64,000 bases of DNA from an uncultured Nitrospinota bacterium (GCA_963707985.1 CAVPRW010000039.1:32001-96000), one strand, 5' to 3'; positions 1 to 11,154 are shown, counted from the first letter of the stretch. Numbers and translations are program-made. The notes: generated by a model from the sequence alone, not told the origin.

Positions 1-2466
1 GATGTCCTGGCGCAGGCTGGGGCGGGCCACGGTCAGGTGGTGGCGCTGGTCGGAGAGGCGGGAGTGGGCAAGTCGCGCCTGGTCTACGAGCTCACCCATT
101 CCCACCATATCCGTGGCTGGCTGGTGTTGGAGAGCGTCTCGGTGTCGTATGGGAAAGCCACACCGTATTTCCCGGTCATCGATCTACTCAAGCGTTACGC
201 TCATGTCGAGGAGCACGATGATCCGCGCGCCATCCGTGCCAAAGTCACCGGGCAGGTACTGACCCTAGACGAAGCGTTACAGGACACCATCCCTGCACTC
301 CTGTCGTTATTAGACGGCCTCCCAGACGACAGCTCCTTCCTCCAGCTCGATCCATCGCAGCGACGCCAGCGCACGCTGACCGCGCTGAAGCGGGTGCTAC
401 TGCAAGAGAGCCACGTGCAACCCCTGCTGCTCGTCTTCGAAGATCTGCATTGGATCGACTCCGAGACGCGGGCACTGCTCGACAGTCTGGTCGAAAGCTT
501 GCCCACGGCCCGCTTGCTCCTCCTGGCGAACTATCGCCCCGAATACCAGCACGGCTGGGGCGCGAAGACTTACTACACGCAGGTGCGGCTCGATCCCTTG
601 CCCCTCGTGAGCGCGGAGGAGCTCTTGCAGGTGCTCCTTGGGAACGACTCCGGTCTAGTGCCCCTCAAGCAGCTACTGATTACACGCACGGAGGGTAATC
701 CGTTCTTTCTGGAAGAGAGCGTGCGAGCGCTCGTGGAAGCGGGGGTACTCGGCGGGGAACGGGGCGCTCATCGGCTCGATACTGCCCTCCAGAGCCTGCA
801 GGTGCCCGCGACGGTGCAGGCGGTGTTGGCGGCGCGCATTGATCGACTGCCGCCTGAGGAGAAACGCCTCATGCAGACGGCGGCGGTGATTGGCAACGAA
901 GTCCCTTTACCCTTGTTGCAGACCATTGCCGAGCTGCCCGACGAGGCGCTGCACCGTGGCCTGGCGCACCTCCAAGCGTCGGAGTTTCTGTATGAGACAC
1001 GCCTGTTCCCCGACCACGAATACACCTTTAAGCATGCCCTGACGCACGAGGTGACCTACGGTAGCCTCCTGCTGGAGCGGCGGCGGGGGCTACACGCGCG
1101 CATTGTCGAGGCCCTCGAGGTGCTCGCGCCCGAGCGGGTGGCCGAGCAGGGCGAACGCCTGGTGCACCATGCCCTACGGGGCGAGGTGTGGGACAAGGCC
1201 GTCACCTACTGCCGGCAGGCCGGCGCCAGGGCCCATGACCGTGCCGCGTTCCCCGAGGCAGTAGCCTCCTTCGAGCAGGCCCTCCAGGTCCTCGCGCACC
1301 TGCCCGAGTCCGGCGACACCCGGGGGGTGGCCATCGAGCTCCGCCTCGCGTTGGGACGCTCGCTGAACGCACTTGGAGAGCAGCAGCGGCGCCTCACCCT
1401 GATGGGGGAGGCCGAGGCCCTGGCCAGGGCGCTTGCCGACCGGGCTCAGCTGGGACGGGTGCTGGCCCAGATGGCCGCGGTACTCAGGCTCACGGGAGAC
1501 TACGACGGCGCCATGGCGGCGGGCCAGCAGGCCCTCGCGCTCGCGGTCGCGCTCGGCGACAGCGCCTTGCAGGGGGAAGCATCCTATCGCCTGGGGATGG
1601 CATACTTTGCCATCGGCGACTTCGGCCGGGCGACCGAGCTGCTACGGCGGAACGTGGAGGCTGCGGACAGGGAGTTTGGCACGCCCAGTACAGACGTGCG
1701 GATCCAGTCTCGGGCGTGGCTGGCGCAGACCTTGGGCCAGCTCGGGACATTCGCCGAGGGCCGGCGCCACGGGGAGGAGGCGCTCCGCCTCGCCACGCTG
1801 GCAGGCCGAGGGGTCACACCGATCGTTGCCCACGTCTGCCTCGGCGAGCTGTACCTCGCCCAAGGGGACCTGGAGCACGCCATCCGGGTGTTGGAGCAGT
1901 GCCTGGCCCTCTGTCGTGCCTCCGGCTACCGGGGTGGCTTTTTGCAAGCGAGCGTGACGGGCCTGGGCTATGCCTCTGCGCTCCAGGGGCGCCTCGCGGA
2001 GGGGCGAGCACTGCTGGAGGAGGCGATCAGCGAAAGTACCAGCCCGGCCGGGCTGGTAGGTCTTGCCTACGGGGTCGCATGGCTCAGCGAGGTGTGTCGT
2101 CTGGCTGGACACAGCGAGGAGGCCTGGCAGCATGCGCGCCAGGCGCTCGACCTGGCCCGGCAGCAGAAGGCACGCGGGGATGAGGCGCTCGCGCTGCACC
2201 AGCTTGGCGTCGTCCATGCCCACGCCGACCCCCCCGATGTCGCGCCGGCCGAAGCCCACTACCGGCAGGCCCTGGCCCTGGCCGAGGTACTCGGCATGCG
2301 TCCGCTCCAGGCCCATTGTCATTTCGGCCTCGGCACGCTGTATACGAAGATCGGCCGACGCGAGCAGGACCGCGCCGAGCTGTCCGCCGCCATTGAACTC
2401 TACCGCGCCATGGAGATGACCTTCTGGCTGCCCCAGGCAGAGGCGGGGCTGGCACAGGTAGAGTAA
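1..2466 (+). CDS. AAA ATPase + TPR repeat protein (adenylate/guanylate cyclase-associated STAND-like family), 5' end outside window
   Basis: Walker A GEAGVGKS, Walker B LLLVFEDLHWID, GNPFFLEE and YTFKHAL motifs, C-terminal TPR-like helices; frame open from base 1. Confidence 0.9.
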   Translation, partial: DVLAQAGAGHGQVVALVGEAGVGKSRLVYELTHSHHIRGWLVLESVSVSYGKATPYFPVIDLLKRYAHVEEHDDPRAIRAKVTGQVLTLDEALQDTIPALLSLLDGLPDDSSFLQLDPSQRRQRTLTALKRVLLQESHVQPLLLVFEDLHWIDSETRALLDSLVESLPTARLLLLANYRPEYQHGWGAKTYYTQVRLDPLPLVSAEELLQVLLGNDSGLVPLKQLLITRTEGNPFFLEESVRALVEAGVLGGERGAHRLDTALQSLQVPATVQAVLAARIDRLPPEEKRLMQTAAVIGNEVPLPLLQTIAELPDEALHRGLAHLQASEFLYETRLFPDHEYTFKHALTHEVTYGSLLLERRRGLHARIVEALEVLAPERVAEQGERLVHHALRGEVWDKAVTYCRQAGARAHDRAAFPEAVASFEQALQVLAHLPESGDTRGVAIELRLALGRSLNALGEQQRRLTLMGEAEALARALADRAQLGRVLAQMAAVLRLTGDYDGAMAAGQQALALAVALGDSALQGEASYRLGMAYFAIGDFGRATELLRRNVEAADREFGTPSTDVRIQSRAWLAQTLGQLGTFAEGRRHGEEALRLATLAGRGVTPIVAHVCLGELYLAQGDLEHAIRVLEQCLALCRASGYRGGFLQASVTGLGYASALQGRLAEGRALLEEAISESTSPAGLVGLAYGVAWLSEVCRLAGHSEEAWQHARQALDLARQQKARGDEALALHQLGVVHAHADPPDVAPAEAHYRQALALAEVLGMRPLQAHCHFGLGTLYTKIGRREQDRAELSAAIELYRAMEMTFWLPQAEAGLAQVE

Positions 2467-2540
2467 AGGTAGAATGTAGGAGTGAAGCCTGTAAGGCGAG
2501 GGAACCGCCAAAACAATTCTTCGCCCAGCATGGGAGAATA

Positions 2541-2978
2541 GTGTTGAGTGTCTCAAGGGTTCCTCCCTTCAACGAAGCGGGGCACCTCCCACCCGGCATC
2601 CACCGAGCCTCAATGGCGGAGATAGTGTTGCGGTTCTGCGGTGGAGAAATCCGGGAGCGCTGGATCAGCATCCTAAGGGAAGTGATAGCGCTCGCCAGGA
2701 GCACAGAAAGCCTGGAAGCGGCTTATATCTTTGGCAGCTTTGTAACTGCCAAGGCCGCGCCGGCTGACATAGATCTCTTCCTAGTCATGTCGCGAGATTT
2801 TTCGAGCAACCAAGTCGTCGGGCGTGCTCGACTGCTGTTTGATCGTAGTCGAGCCGCTATCGTATGGGGAATATGCATTTACTGGATTACAGCTCGCACC
2901 GATCGTACCGCTTTCCTCGAGACTTGGCAACTTGGGCGCAGTGGCGGACAACAAGGTATTGTAGAGGTGGACCTATGA
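2541..2978 (+). CDS. DUF6932-like minimal nucleotidyltransferase
   Basis: N-terminal PPFNEAGHLPPGIH and the GSFVTAK-x-x-P-x-DID nucleotidyltransferase signature. Confidence 0.75.
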   Translation: MLSVSRVPPFNEAGHLPPGIHRASMAEIVLRFCGGEIRERWISILREVIALARSTESLEAAYIFGSFVTAKAAPADIDLFLVMSRDFSSNQVVGRARLLFDRSRAAIVWGICIYWITARTDRTAFLETWQLGRSGGQQGIVEVDL

Positions 2979-3181
2979 TTATGGACGATCAGGAGCTCGC
3001 GGTGACGCAACAGCGCATTCGGCGGCTTCAAGACCTGCTACTCAAGTTGCGCCGGTCCGAAACAGCTGAGAACTATGCTGTCATTTCGAGTGCCTACCTG
3101 TTGGACATCGACAGAATGAACGAGGAGGTCCGTTGTTATCTGGCGAGCCTTCCTGCAGAGCAAACCGAAGCGATTCGTTAG
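2975..3181 (+). CDS. small helical protein, probable partner (antitoxin-like) of the upstream nucleotidyltransferase
   Basis: ATGA overlap with upstream stop, GAGGTG RBS, 68 aa MIMDDQELAVTQQRI... Confidence 0.65.
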   Translation: MIMDDQELAVTQQRIRRLQDLLLKLRRSETAENYAVISSAYLLDIDRMNEEVRCYLASLPAEQTEAIR

Positions 3182-3369
3182 AGGCGATTACCAAGGTATC
3201 AGGCCACGATATTTGACTGCGTAATACAGCATGAGTTGCACTGATCGAGGTAATCGGGCGGATCGCGCAGAAGTGCGCACTACAACTAACACATTGTGCA
3301 GGGGAACCCTGACGAAGGGGATCGAGCTCCCCGACGGAACATCGACGCAGAGGGGAAAGGAGGTAGGCT

Positions 3370-4497
3370 GTGAGCGGACTGAAATTGATCTCGGCAGACT
3401 CGCATGTGAATGAACCCGGCGATCTATGGGTGGAGCGCATTGACAAATCGTTCCGTGAACGCGCGCCGCGCATCGTCGAAAATCCTCCCGGGCAGCGACC
3501 TGGAGCTTATCTGATGCTAGAAGGCATGCCCCCCATTCACATGGCTCAAGGGATCGGCGCCGGGAAGAAGCCCGAAGAGCTCCCAGAGTTTTTCCGTTCC
3601 TTCACTTATAAAGATGTCCGTCCTGGCGGCTGGGATCCAGCCGAGCGCCTCAAAGATATGGATCTGGACGGCGTCGAAGCTGAGGTGATATACACCACTC
3701 TGGGATTCCGGCAATTCTGGCTCGAAGATGCGGCCTTTCAGCGCGCCTGCTTTCAGGTTTATAACGACTGGCTAGCCGAGTATTGTGCCTACGCCCCCAA
3801 GCGCCTCATCGGGTTGGCGATGATCTCGCTCTATGACATCGACGAGGCGGTGCGTGACCTACGTCGCTGCGCGAAACAAGGGCTACGCGGCGCGATGATC
3901 TGGTGCTCACCCCCGCAGGACCGCCCTTACAACGCCTCGCTCTACGATCCTTTCTGGGCCGAAGCCCAGGAGCTGAACATGCCCATCAGCCTGCATAGCA
4001 TCACGGGCGCAGGACCAGAAAGCCGCCTGCTCGTCAAGGACCCGATGGACCGTTACCTGCGCTCGACGGTGCTCAGCCATGAAGTGCAGCGCACCTTTAC
4101 CACGCTCATCTTCTCTGGCGTTCTAGAGCGTTTCCCCCGGCTCATGTTCGTGTCGGCCGAAAACGAGGTCGGCTGGCTGACCTTCTTCCTGCAAAAGCTG
4201 GATCAGGCGCAAGATGAGTACCAGTATCTCTATCCCTCTCCCCTCAAGATGAAACCCAGCGAGTATTTCCAGCGGCAGTGCTATGCCACCTTCATCGATG
4301 ACCCGGTCGGAGTGGCCACCCGTCGATTCATCGGCATCGACAATATGATGTGGTCCTCGGATTATCCGCATACCGTCTCCACCTGGCCACACTCCCAGGA
4401 GGTGGTCGAGCGCGACTTTCAGGGCGTCCCGGAGTCGGAGAAATGGCGTATGGTGCGGGGGAACGCGATCCAGCTCTACGCCCTCGACCTGCCATAG
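3370..4497 (+). CDS. amidohydrolase family protein (Amidohydro_2)
   Basis: ISADSHVNEP metal-binding start, YNDWLAEYC, SLH, WSSDYPH; GGAGG RBS. Confidence 0.9.
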   Translation: MSGLKLISADSHVNEPGDLWVERIDKSFRERAPRIVENPPGQRPGAYLMLEGMPPIHMAQGIGAGKKPEELPEFFRSFTYKDVRPGGWDPAERLKDMDLDGVEAEVIYTTLGFRQFWLEDAAFQRACFQVYNDWLAEYCAYAPKRLIGLAMISLYDIDEAVRDLRRCAKQGLRGAMIWCSPPQDRPYNASLYDPFWAEAQELNMPISLHSITGAGPESRLLVKDPMDRYLRSTVLSHEVQRTFTTLIFSGVLERFPRLMFVSAENEVGWLTFFLQKLDQAQDEYQYLYPSPLKMKPSEYFQRQCYATFIDDPVGVATRRFIGIDNMMWSSDYPHTVSTWPHSQEVVERDFQGVPESEKWRMVRGNAIQLYALDLP

Positions 4498-4510
4498 GAG
4501 GAGGCGTACC

Positions 4511-4900
4511 ATGGTGCAAGAGGTATTCTTCTTCACTGAGAAGGCCTATTCCGGCTATCCGCACGACGTTGCCGCGCAACGCGGCTATACCGCCCTGATG
4601 CTACCCAATGCCTATTTCGATCCAGCCAAGGCTCACGACTTCATCGTCACGACGTGGACCACACCTGGACCGTTCCACCAGGTCATTACCGGCACTCCGG
4701 ACAGCATTATCCCCAAACTCCAAAAGGTGATCGACGTGGTGAATCCCGCCTGGCTGGTGCTGTGGGCGCGCGAGGGACTGATGTCACACGCCGCCGCGAT
4801 GCGCTCCATTGAGCTTCTGGGCAAGGAGGTGATTCCGGCCATCAAGGGGTATCAGCCGAGTAGTGACGGTCAGCAAGGGGCTCGGGAGAACAACTCATGA
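4511..4900 (+). pseudogene. LLM-class flavin-dependent oxidoreductase collapsed by two in-frame internal deletions
   Basis: N-terminus (FFFTEKAY...LPNAYFDP), a mid-protein piece (AHDFIVTTWTTPGPF) and the C-terminus (ITGTPDSI...SIELLGKEVIP) joined in only 129 aa. Confidence 0.7.
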
Positions 4901-5781
4901 AACCGGCGCCATTCGAGTATTTTGCCCCGACGGATATGGCGGAAGCGCTGGACTTGCTGTCCCGCTATGGCGACGAGGCCAAAATCCTGGCCGGTGGTCA
5001 GAGCCTCATGCCGTTGATGAACATGCGGCTGGCCAGGCCACACGTCCTCATCGATATCAATCGGCTCTCAGGGCTCAGCCACATCTCCCAGAGTGCCAAT
5101 GGTGCGCTCACTATCGGTGCACTGACGCGGCAACGAGCCATCGAGCGCGCCAGTCTGATCCGAACACAGTATCCACTGCTGGCGGGAGTGATGCCATCTA
5201 TCGGGCATTTCCAGATCCGCAACCGGGGGACGATTGGGGGCTCGATCGTGCATGCCGACCCGGCGGCGGAGCTTCCAGCGCTGTGCATGGCTCTGGAGGC
5301 AGAGTTTGTCTTGCATAGCGCCATGCATCAGCGCACGATCGGCGCGGCAGATTTCTTTCGCACCTATCTCACCACGGCGATCGAACCCGTCGAATTGCTC
5401 ACGGAGATCCGTTTTCCGCCCTGGCAAGCTCAGTGGCGCTGGGGTTTTCATGAAGTCTGCCGTCGAGAGGGGGATTTTGCCCTGGTCGGCGCCGTGGTTG
5501 TGCTGCACATGGATAGCGACGAGCTATGCCAGGCGGCGAGCCTCACCATGTTCGGGATCGGCGGCACCCCAGTTCGACCGCCGAGGGCAGAAGCACTGCT
5601 GTTGGGACAACGACTGGAGGGTCACGTACTTGACCGGCTGGCGAGTGTCGTAGCGGCCGAACTGGAGCCGGATTCGGACATCCACGCCTCCGCCGAGTAT
5701 CGCCGAGAGGTCGGCGGGGTGGTCGCCCGCAGGGCAGTCGAGATGGCCCTCGGCAACGCGAGGAGAGACAGCGAGCAATGA
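4897..5781 (+). CDS. xanthine dehydrogenase/CO dehydrogenase family FAD-binding (medium) subunit
   Basis: MKPAPFEY, AGGQSLMP, IRNRGTIGGS, ADPAAE motifs. Confidence 0.92.
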   Translation: MKPAPFEYFAPTDMAEALDLLSRYGDEAKILAGGQSLMPLMNMRLARPHVLIDINRLSGLSHISQSANGALTIGALTRQRAIERASLIRTQYPLLAGVMPSIGHFQIRNRGTIGGSIVHADPAAELPALCMALEAEFVLHSAMHQRTIGAADFFRTYLTTAIEPVELLTEIRFPPWQAQWRWGFHEVCRREGDFALVGAVVVLHMDSDELCQAASLTMFGIGGTPVRPPRAEALLLGQRLEGHVLDRLASVVAAELEPDSDIHASAEYRREVGGVVARRAVEMALGNARRDSEQ

Positions 5782-6248
5782 CGGCGAAGCGGACGATTCA
5801 GGTGACAGTGAACGGCAGAGCCTACGAACGTACAGTCGAAGTGCGCCTGACCCTGGCCGACTTTCTGCGCGACGAGTTGGATCTCACCGGCACGCATCTC
5901 GGCTGCGAACATGGCATGTGCGGCGCTTGCACGATCCTTTTTGACGGCGAGGCGGTACGGTCCTGCCTGTTGCTTGCCGTGCAGGCGAATGGAGCTGATC
6001 TCACGACCGTGGAGGGCCTGGCTCAAGGCGAGGGACTCCATCCGCTGCAACAGGCATTTCACGAGAACCACGCTCTGCAATGCGGTTTCTGTACCCCAGG
6101 GTTTCTGATGACCGCTGTGGCGTTCCTCCAGGAATCCCAGAACCCCACCGAAGCGCAGGTCAGAGAGGCGATCTCCGGCAACATCTGCCGTTGCACCGGG
6201 TACGCCCCCATCGTGCAGGCCATCTTGCAAGCCAGTCAGGGAGGATGA
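5778..6248 (+). CDS. Mo-hydroxylase (2Fe-2S) small subunit
   Basis: GCEHGMCGAC...SC and QCGFCTPG...CRCTGY. Confidence 0.95.
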   Translation: MTAKRTIQVTVNGRAYERTVEVRLTLADFLRDELDLTGTHLGCEHGMCGACTILFDGEAVRSCLLLAVQANGADLTTVEGLAQGEGLHPLQQAFHENHALQCGFCTPGFLMTAVAFLQESQNPTEAQVREAISGNICRCTGYAPIVQAILQASQGG

Positions 6249-6249
6249 G

Positions 6250-8033
6250 ATGCAGCAGACTTACATCGGGGCACCGATTCGGCGACGGGAGGATTTCCGC
6301 CTGCTCACCGGACAGGCCACTTTTACCGACGATATCAAGCTCCCCCACATGCTCCATGCCGCGATCCTGCGCAGCCCACATGCCCACGCCAGGCTCACCG
6401 CCATCGATGCGACGAGGGCACTGGCGATCCCCGGCGTCGTCGCGGTGTTCACCTTTCAGGACATTGCCCCATTGGCCAAACCGATACCGGTCAGACTCTA
6501 TCCATTGCCGGGTTTGGAGCGGTTTCTGCAATATCCCCTAGCACGGGACAGAGTCCGCCATGTGGGCGAGCCGGTGGCGGTCGTCGTGGCCGAAAACCGT
6601 TACCTGGCCGAGGACGGCCTAGATGCCATGGACGTTACCTATGAGCCGCTACCAGCGGTCACCGATGTGCATCAGGCATTGCAACAACAGGTGCTCATCC
6701 ACGAGGAGCCAGGCACGAATCTGGCCGCCCGCTACACCCTCGACCTCGGCGATATCGAGGAGGCCTTTGGCGGCGCCGCATACCGTCGCAAGGAAGTGTT
6801 CAAGGTGCATCGCCACACCGGAAATCCGCTTGAGACCCGCGGCCTAGTGGCGAGCTACGATGCCGTGCGTGGTGAGTTTACCGTATGGGGGGAGACCAAG
6901 GTCCCACATTTTAACCGGGCCATCCTGGCCTTGTTTCTCGATGTGCCCGAGTCTACGATACACTTCATCGAGCCCGACGTCGGGGGAGGTTTTGGCATAC
7001 GCGGGGAGTTCTATCCTGAGGACTTTCTCATTCCATTCGCGGCTATGAAACTCGGGAGACCGGTGAAATGGTCGGATGTTTTGTGAAGAACACCGGGCAA
7101 GGTCCGTTCGAGGGAGCGAGAGTAGCGGTAAACGGCGCCAATCAGATCGCCGTGTATCTGGGTATCACTTCTCTGGGGCAGGGCCATGAGACGACTATGG
7201 CACAGATCTGTGCCGACACCCTTGGACTTCCCTTGGACATCTTTACGATTTTTCATGGCGGCACCGATACGATGCCTTTCGGCGTCGGGACCTTTGGCAG
7301 TCGTGGCACCGTGATGGCGGGCAACGCCGTCCACCTGGCCTGCCAGAAGTTACGCGACAAGGCGCTGGCCATCGCCAGTCGCTACCTCAAGTTGGATGCG
7401 GTGCAACTCGTCTTCCGGAATGGTCAGGTCTATCGTCAAGGCGCGGAAGACCATGTGCTCCTGGGGCTGGATGAACTGGTGCGACTGGCCGGGCCGGCGA
7501 GCCCCTATAATCTGGAAGAACCGGGGCTCGAGGCCACCGCTTACTTTAAATCTAATCAACTCACCTACACCTACGGTACCCATGTCGCCCATGTCGCCGT
7601 TGATCCGAAGACCGGCAAGGTCGAGGTCCTCCGCTATGTGGTGGTGGAGGACATCGGACGCTGCATCAATCCGTTGATCGTGCATGGGCAAACCGTCGGC
7701 GCAGCTGTGCAGGGCATTGGTGCAACGATCCTCGAAGAGTTGGTCTACGGTGCCAATGGCCAACTGCTGTCGGGGACGTTCATGGATTATACGTTGCCCA
7801 CGAGCACGGATGCCCCAGCTATCGACAGCATCATCCTGGAAGAGGCTCCCTCACCGCTCAATCCCCTGGGAGTCAAAGGAGCCGGGGAGGGAGGTATTGT
7901 CGCCACCGGTGCCGCCCTGGCCAACGCCGTTAGCCATGCCTTGGCCTCTCTGAGAATTCAGGTGACCGAATTACCTCTCAATCCTAACAAAATACATAGT
8001 TGGATTCGGGTGAGCGGTACGCAGTCCCTCTGA
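6250..8033 (+). pseudogene. Mo-hydroxylase large (molybdopterin) subunit with internal deletion and frameshift near 7071
   Basis: N-half ends at GGGFG...GRPVKW, then jumps out of frame to GCFVKNTGQGP...GQGHET...GVKGAGEGG; 278+321 aa versus the usual roughly 770 aa. Confidence 0.8.
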
Positions 8034-8638
8034 TCATCGATAGGTCCTCGCCCATGATCGCCCCCGACGAGATCCGCCACTGGTAGGGACCAGGCACATC
8101 CCGAACAAGTGGTGTGATCTGCAAGTCTTTGAGGGCATTGGGCCAGAGGGTGATGTTCGACCGGGTGCATGAGCAGAGTGCCGAGAAAGAGGGTGCACAG
8201 GTCGATCGAACCATCGGCCAGAAAATCTCCTGGGTTAGATATCATGTCTTGATATGTCTTCGGACAGGGGACTTGATGCATGTGAACTACAAACTCGGGA
8301 CGTACCTCTCTTGTAGGCTGATGCGCAAGTTGCTGGTTCACGTGCTGATCGAGCAACAGGTCAGAGAGACAAGGAACCTCGGCCCTGTGGTGTCTATGTC
8401 GTCTATGGTCCGGCAGAGAGGAACCCAGGCAAGCGTTTGCCGGCATGCCTGGATACCACGCATCTAACTGGCATGAGCCGTGCACCTTGGGGATTCACGG
8501 CGGGTGCGACCCAAGCGCCCTGCGTGAGGAGATCTCTCTTCAGAGGGATACACGGAGGCGCCGAGCCGCCAGCTGAAGGGGCGAGCGCTGCAAACATGGC
8601 TGTCTCCACTTTTGGCATACCACCCGGAGGAGCTTGAG

Positions 8639-9949
8639 ATGGCGAAGCCGAAGCGCTTTCACTTGGGCTGGTTCGTGAACTTCACTGTCAACGCATGGAA
8701 CGATCCGTGGGCGGATAGTAACAGTCCAGACTGGACGGGGGGCTTCTACGTTGACATGGCGCGTGCACTCGATCGCGCCTGCTTCGACTACATGATCCTC
8801 GAGGACACCTGTATGGTGTCCGATGCGTACGGCGGATCGTTCGAAAGCTCGCTCAAGCATGCCGTGTTTGCCCCGAAGCACGACCCGGTGCCGCTGGTCC
8901 CACTCATCGCGCAGGCGACGTCCCGCCTCGGCGTCGTGGCCACGATGTCCACGAGCTTCTATCCACCGTTCCTGTTGGCACGGCTCAGTGCCACGCTCGA
9001 CCACATTTGTCGGGGGCGATTCGGCTGGAACATCGTGACCTCGGGCGAGGACCGCGCCGCGCAGAACTTCGGCATGGAGAGGCTACCTGAGCACGATCTG
9101 CGCTATGACATGGCCGATGAGTACGTCGACCTGGTATGCCAGTTGTGGGACTCGTGGGAGCCCGACGCGGTGGTGATGGATCGTGACACCGGCGTCTACG
9201 CGGATGGCTCAAAAGTGCATACGATCGACTTCAACGGGAGCTATTACAAGAGCCGTGGGCCCTTAAATACTGTGCGTCCGCCGCAAGGCCGTCCTGTGTT
9301 TATCCAGGCTGGTGGTTCACCCCGAGGCCGAGAGTTCGCGGCGAAGTATGCCGATTCGATCATCGCCACGGCGACGGGCATCGAAGGCATGAAAGCCTAT
9401 CGCGATGATGTGCGCGCCAGAATGAAAGCCCACGGTCGTAAGCCTGACGACTGTAAAGTGCTGTTCCTCGTGTCACCGATCCTCGGGGATACTGCAGAGG
9501 AGGCACACAGGAAGAGGCAGGCAATGATCTCGGCTCCGAGCTACATCGAGGAGACCCTCATCGGGATGGCATCCATCACCGAAATTGACTTCTCCACCTT
9601 CGATCTGGATGCCCCGCTTCCCCCGATCACGACGAACGGCGAGCGTGGGTCGCTGGACAAGTTCGCGCAATGGGGGAGCGGGAAGACCTTGCGGCAGCTC
9701 GCGTCGGAACGGGTCGACCGGTCAATCGAGCTCGTTGGCACACCGGAGCAGGTGGCAGCGCGTATGGGAGAGGTCATGGACGAAATCGGAGGAGATGGGT
9801 TCCTCATCACCCGCCCAGGGATGACGGGCCTGACCCGTAAGTACATCATCGAGATCACCGATGGTCTCATCCCGGCGCTTCAGCGGCGCGGCCTGGCCCG
9901 ATCGGACTACACGTACGCTCACTTCCGCGATAATCTACTGGAGTTCTGA
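8639..9949 (+). CDS. NtaA/DmoA/SnaA family FMN-dependent monooxygenase
   Basis: PKHDPVPL, TLDHICRGRFGWNIVTS, GPLNTVRPPQGRPVFIQAGGSPRGREFAA. Confidence 0.92.
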   Translation: MAKPKRFHLGWFVNFTVNAWNDPWADSNSPDWTGGFYVDMARALDRACFDYMILEDTCMVSDAYGGSFESSLKHAVFAPKHDPVPLVPLIAQATSRLGVVATMSTSFYPPFLLARLSATLDHICRGRFGWNIVTSGEDRAAQNFGMERLPEHDLRYDMADEYVDLVCQLWDSWEPDAVVMDRDTGVYADGSKVHTIDFNGSYYKSRGPLNTVRPPQGRPVFIQAGGSPRGREFAAKYADSIIATATGIEGMKAYRDDVRARMKAHGRKPDDCKVLFLVSPILGDTAEEAHRKRQAMISAPSYIEETLIGMASITEIDFSTFDLDAPLPPITTNGERGSLDKFAQWGSGKTLRQLASERVDRSIELVGTPEQVAARMGEVMDEIGGDGFLITRPGMTGLTRKYIIEITDGLIPALQRRGLARSDYTYAHFRDNLLEF

Positions 9950-9956
9950 TCTGCCC

Positions 9957-11074
9957 TCAAACGGTCCTCGCGACAGAATCATGACCATGTACGCCTAGAT
10001 TGGTAGCGTTACGCCCTAGCATTCCCCATCGCCCTTGCATGGTCTTCGTGGCGCGGAATTGCCTCAGAATGAACGTCCCATTGATCCGCTGTTGAGCCAG
10101 GACGCGCTGCACCCGAGGGAGCAGCCCCTCGGGATGGGGCAACCGGCAGAGGGCGTCGAGGCTTCGCCTGAAATACTCGTGCGGTCTGTAGATCGTCGCG
10201 ATCACCTTGCGGTACCCTTCCAGAAGTTGTCGGGCGGGGAGGCGGGTGACCATGTTCGTGTAGCCGCATTGATCACCGGTACCCTGATACATCTCTGGCC
10301 TCAGTCGGCCGGTTGCCTGCATTCGTTGGTAGAGGGGCGTGCCCGGCAGCGCTACGACAAGCCCGACCATGGCATTCGGGATCGCTTGCCTGGGTGATGA
10401 ACTCGATCTGGCGATCGAAGATATCGTCGGTGTCGTGGTCAAATCCAATGATGAAACCCCCATAGACCAACAGTCCGGCCTTCTGGATCACCTGCACTGA
10501 CGCGAGCAGAGAGCGCTGGGTGTTCTGATACTTCCTCGTCTCGGTGAGGCTCTCCGTGGACGGGGTCTCGACACCTATGAATACCCAGCGGAACTGGCAG
10601 TCGACTAACTGCTGCAGGAGGGCTGCATCATCGGCCAGGTTGATGGAGGCCTCCGTGCCGTACATAAAGAGTTGGCCGTGCGCCTCATTCCAGGCATGGA
10701 GCTCGGGCAGAAGCCGCTTGACCTCGCGGGTATTCCCAATGAAATTATCATCCACGATGAACACCACGCCCCGGTACCCGGTGTCGTAGACCGCCTGCAG
10801 CTCGGCACAGAACTGCTAGCGAGAGCTTTTGCGGGAGCATAGCCGAGAAGCAAACCATGTCCGCCCACGCCAGGTCATCGTCGGTCAACGGCGCCCAATT
10901 GAGATCGACGAGCCGGACCTCATACACGGGCGGGGTTAGCGCCGCGATCGTCAGGAGTCCTAACGGTGGCATCAAGGCCTTCTTGCCGAATAGGTGCAGG
11001 CTGTATTGCATCCCCCAGTAGGTGGTAGGGAATGCCGGATAGACCAGTAAAAGGTGGGGATGGGACATGGGCAT
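9957..11074 (-). pseudogene. B12-binding radical SAM protein (DUF4070-type), internally deleted and frameshifted
   Basis: PPLGLLTIAAL B12-domain start fused near 10817 to VFIVDDNFIGN...VFIGVETP...GFIIGFDHD; CxxxCxxC absent; second frameshift near 10388. Confidence 0.8.
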
Positions 11075-11154
11075 GCAGCTCTCCTGCTTGCATGAGGACA
11101 CAGGGGACTTATCTCGAGTACCAACTAATCTCAATAATTTAATCAATAATATAG

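Noticed and set aside
4897..8033. aerobic CO dehydrogenase (coxMSL) call
   Set aside because: The diagnostic AYxCSFR region falls in the deleted segment, so only a family-level call is supportable.
8034..8600. overlapping ORFs on both strands between the Mo subunit and the monooxygenase
   Set aside because: No motif, RBS or family recognised; probably decayed sequence, left uncalled.
9957..11074. hopanoid methylase (hpnP/hpnR) call
   Set aside because: Same broad family, but the gene is broken and not near the hpn genes; specificity cannot be supported.
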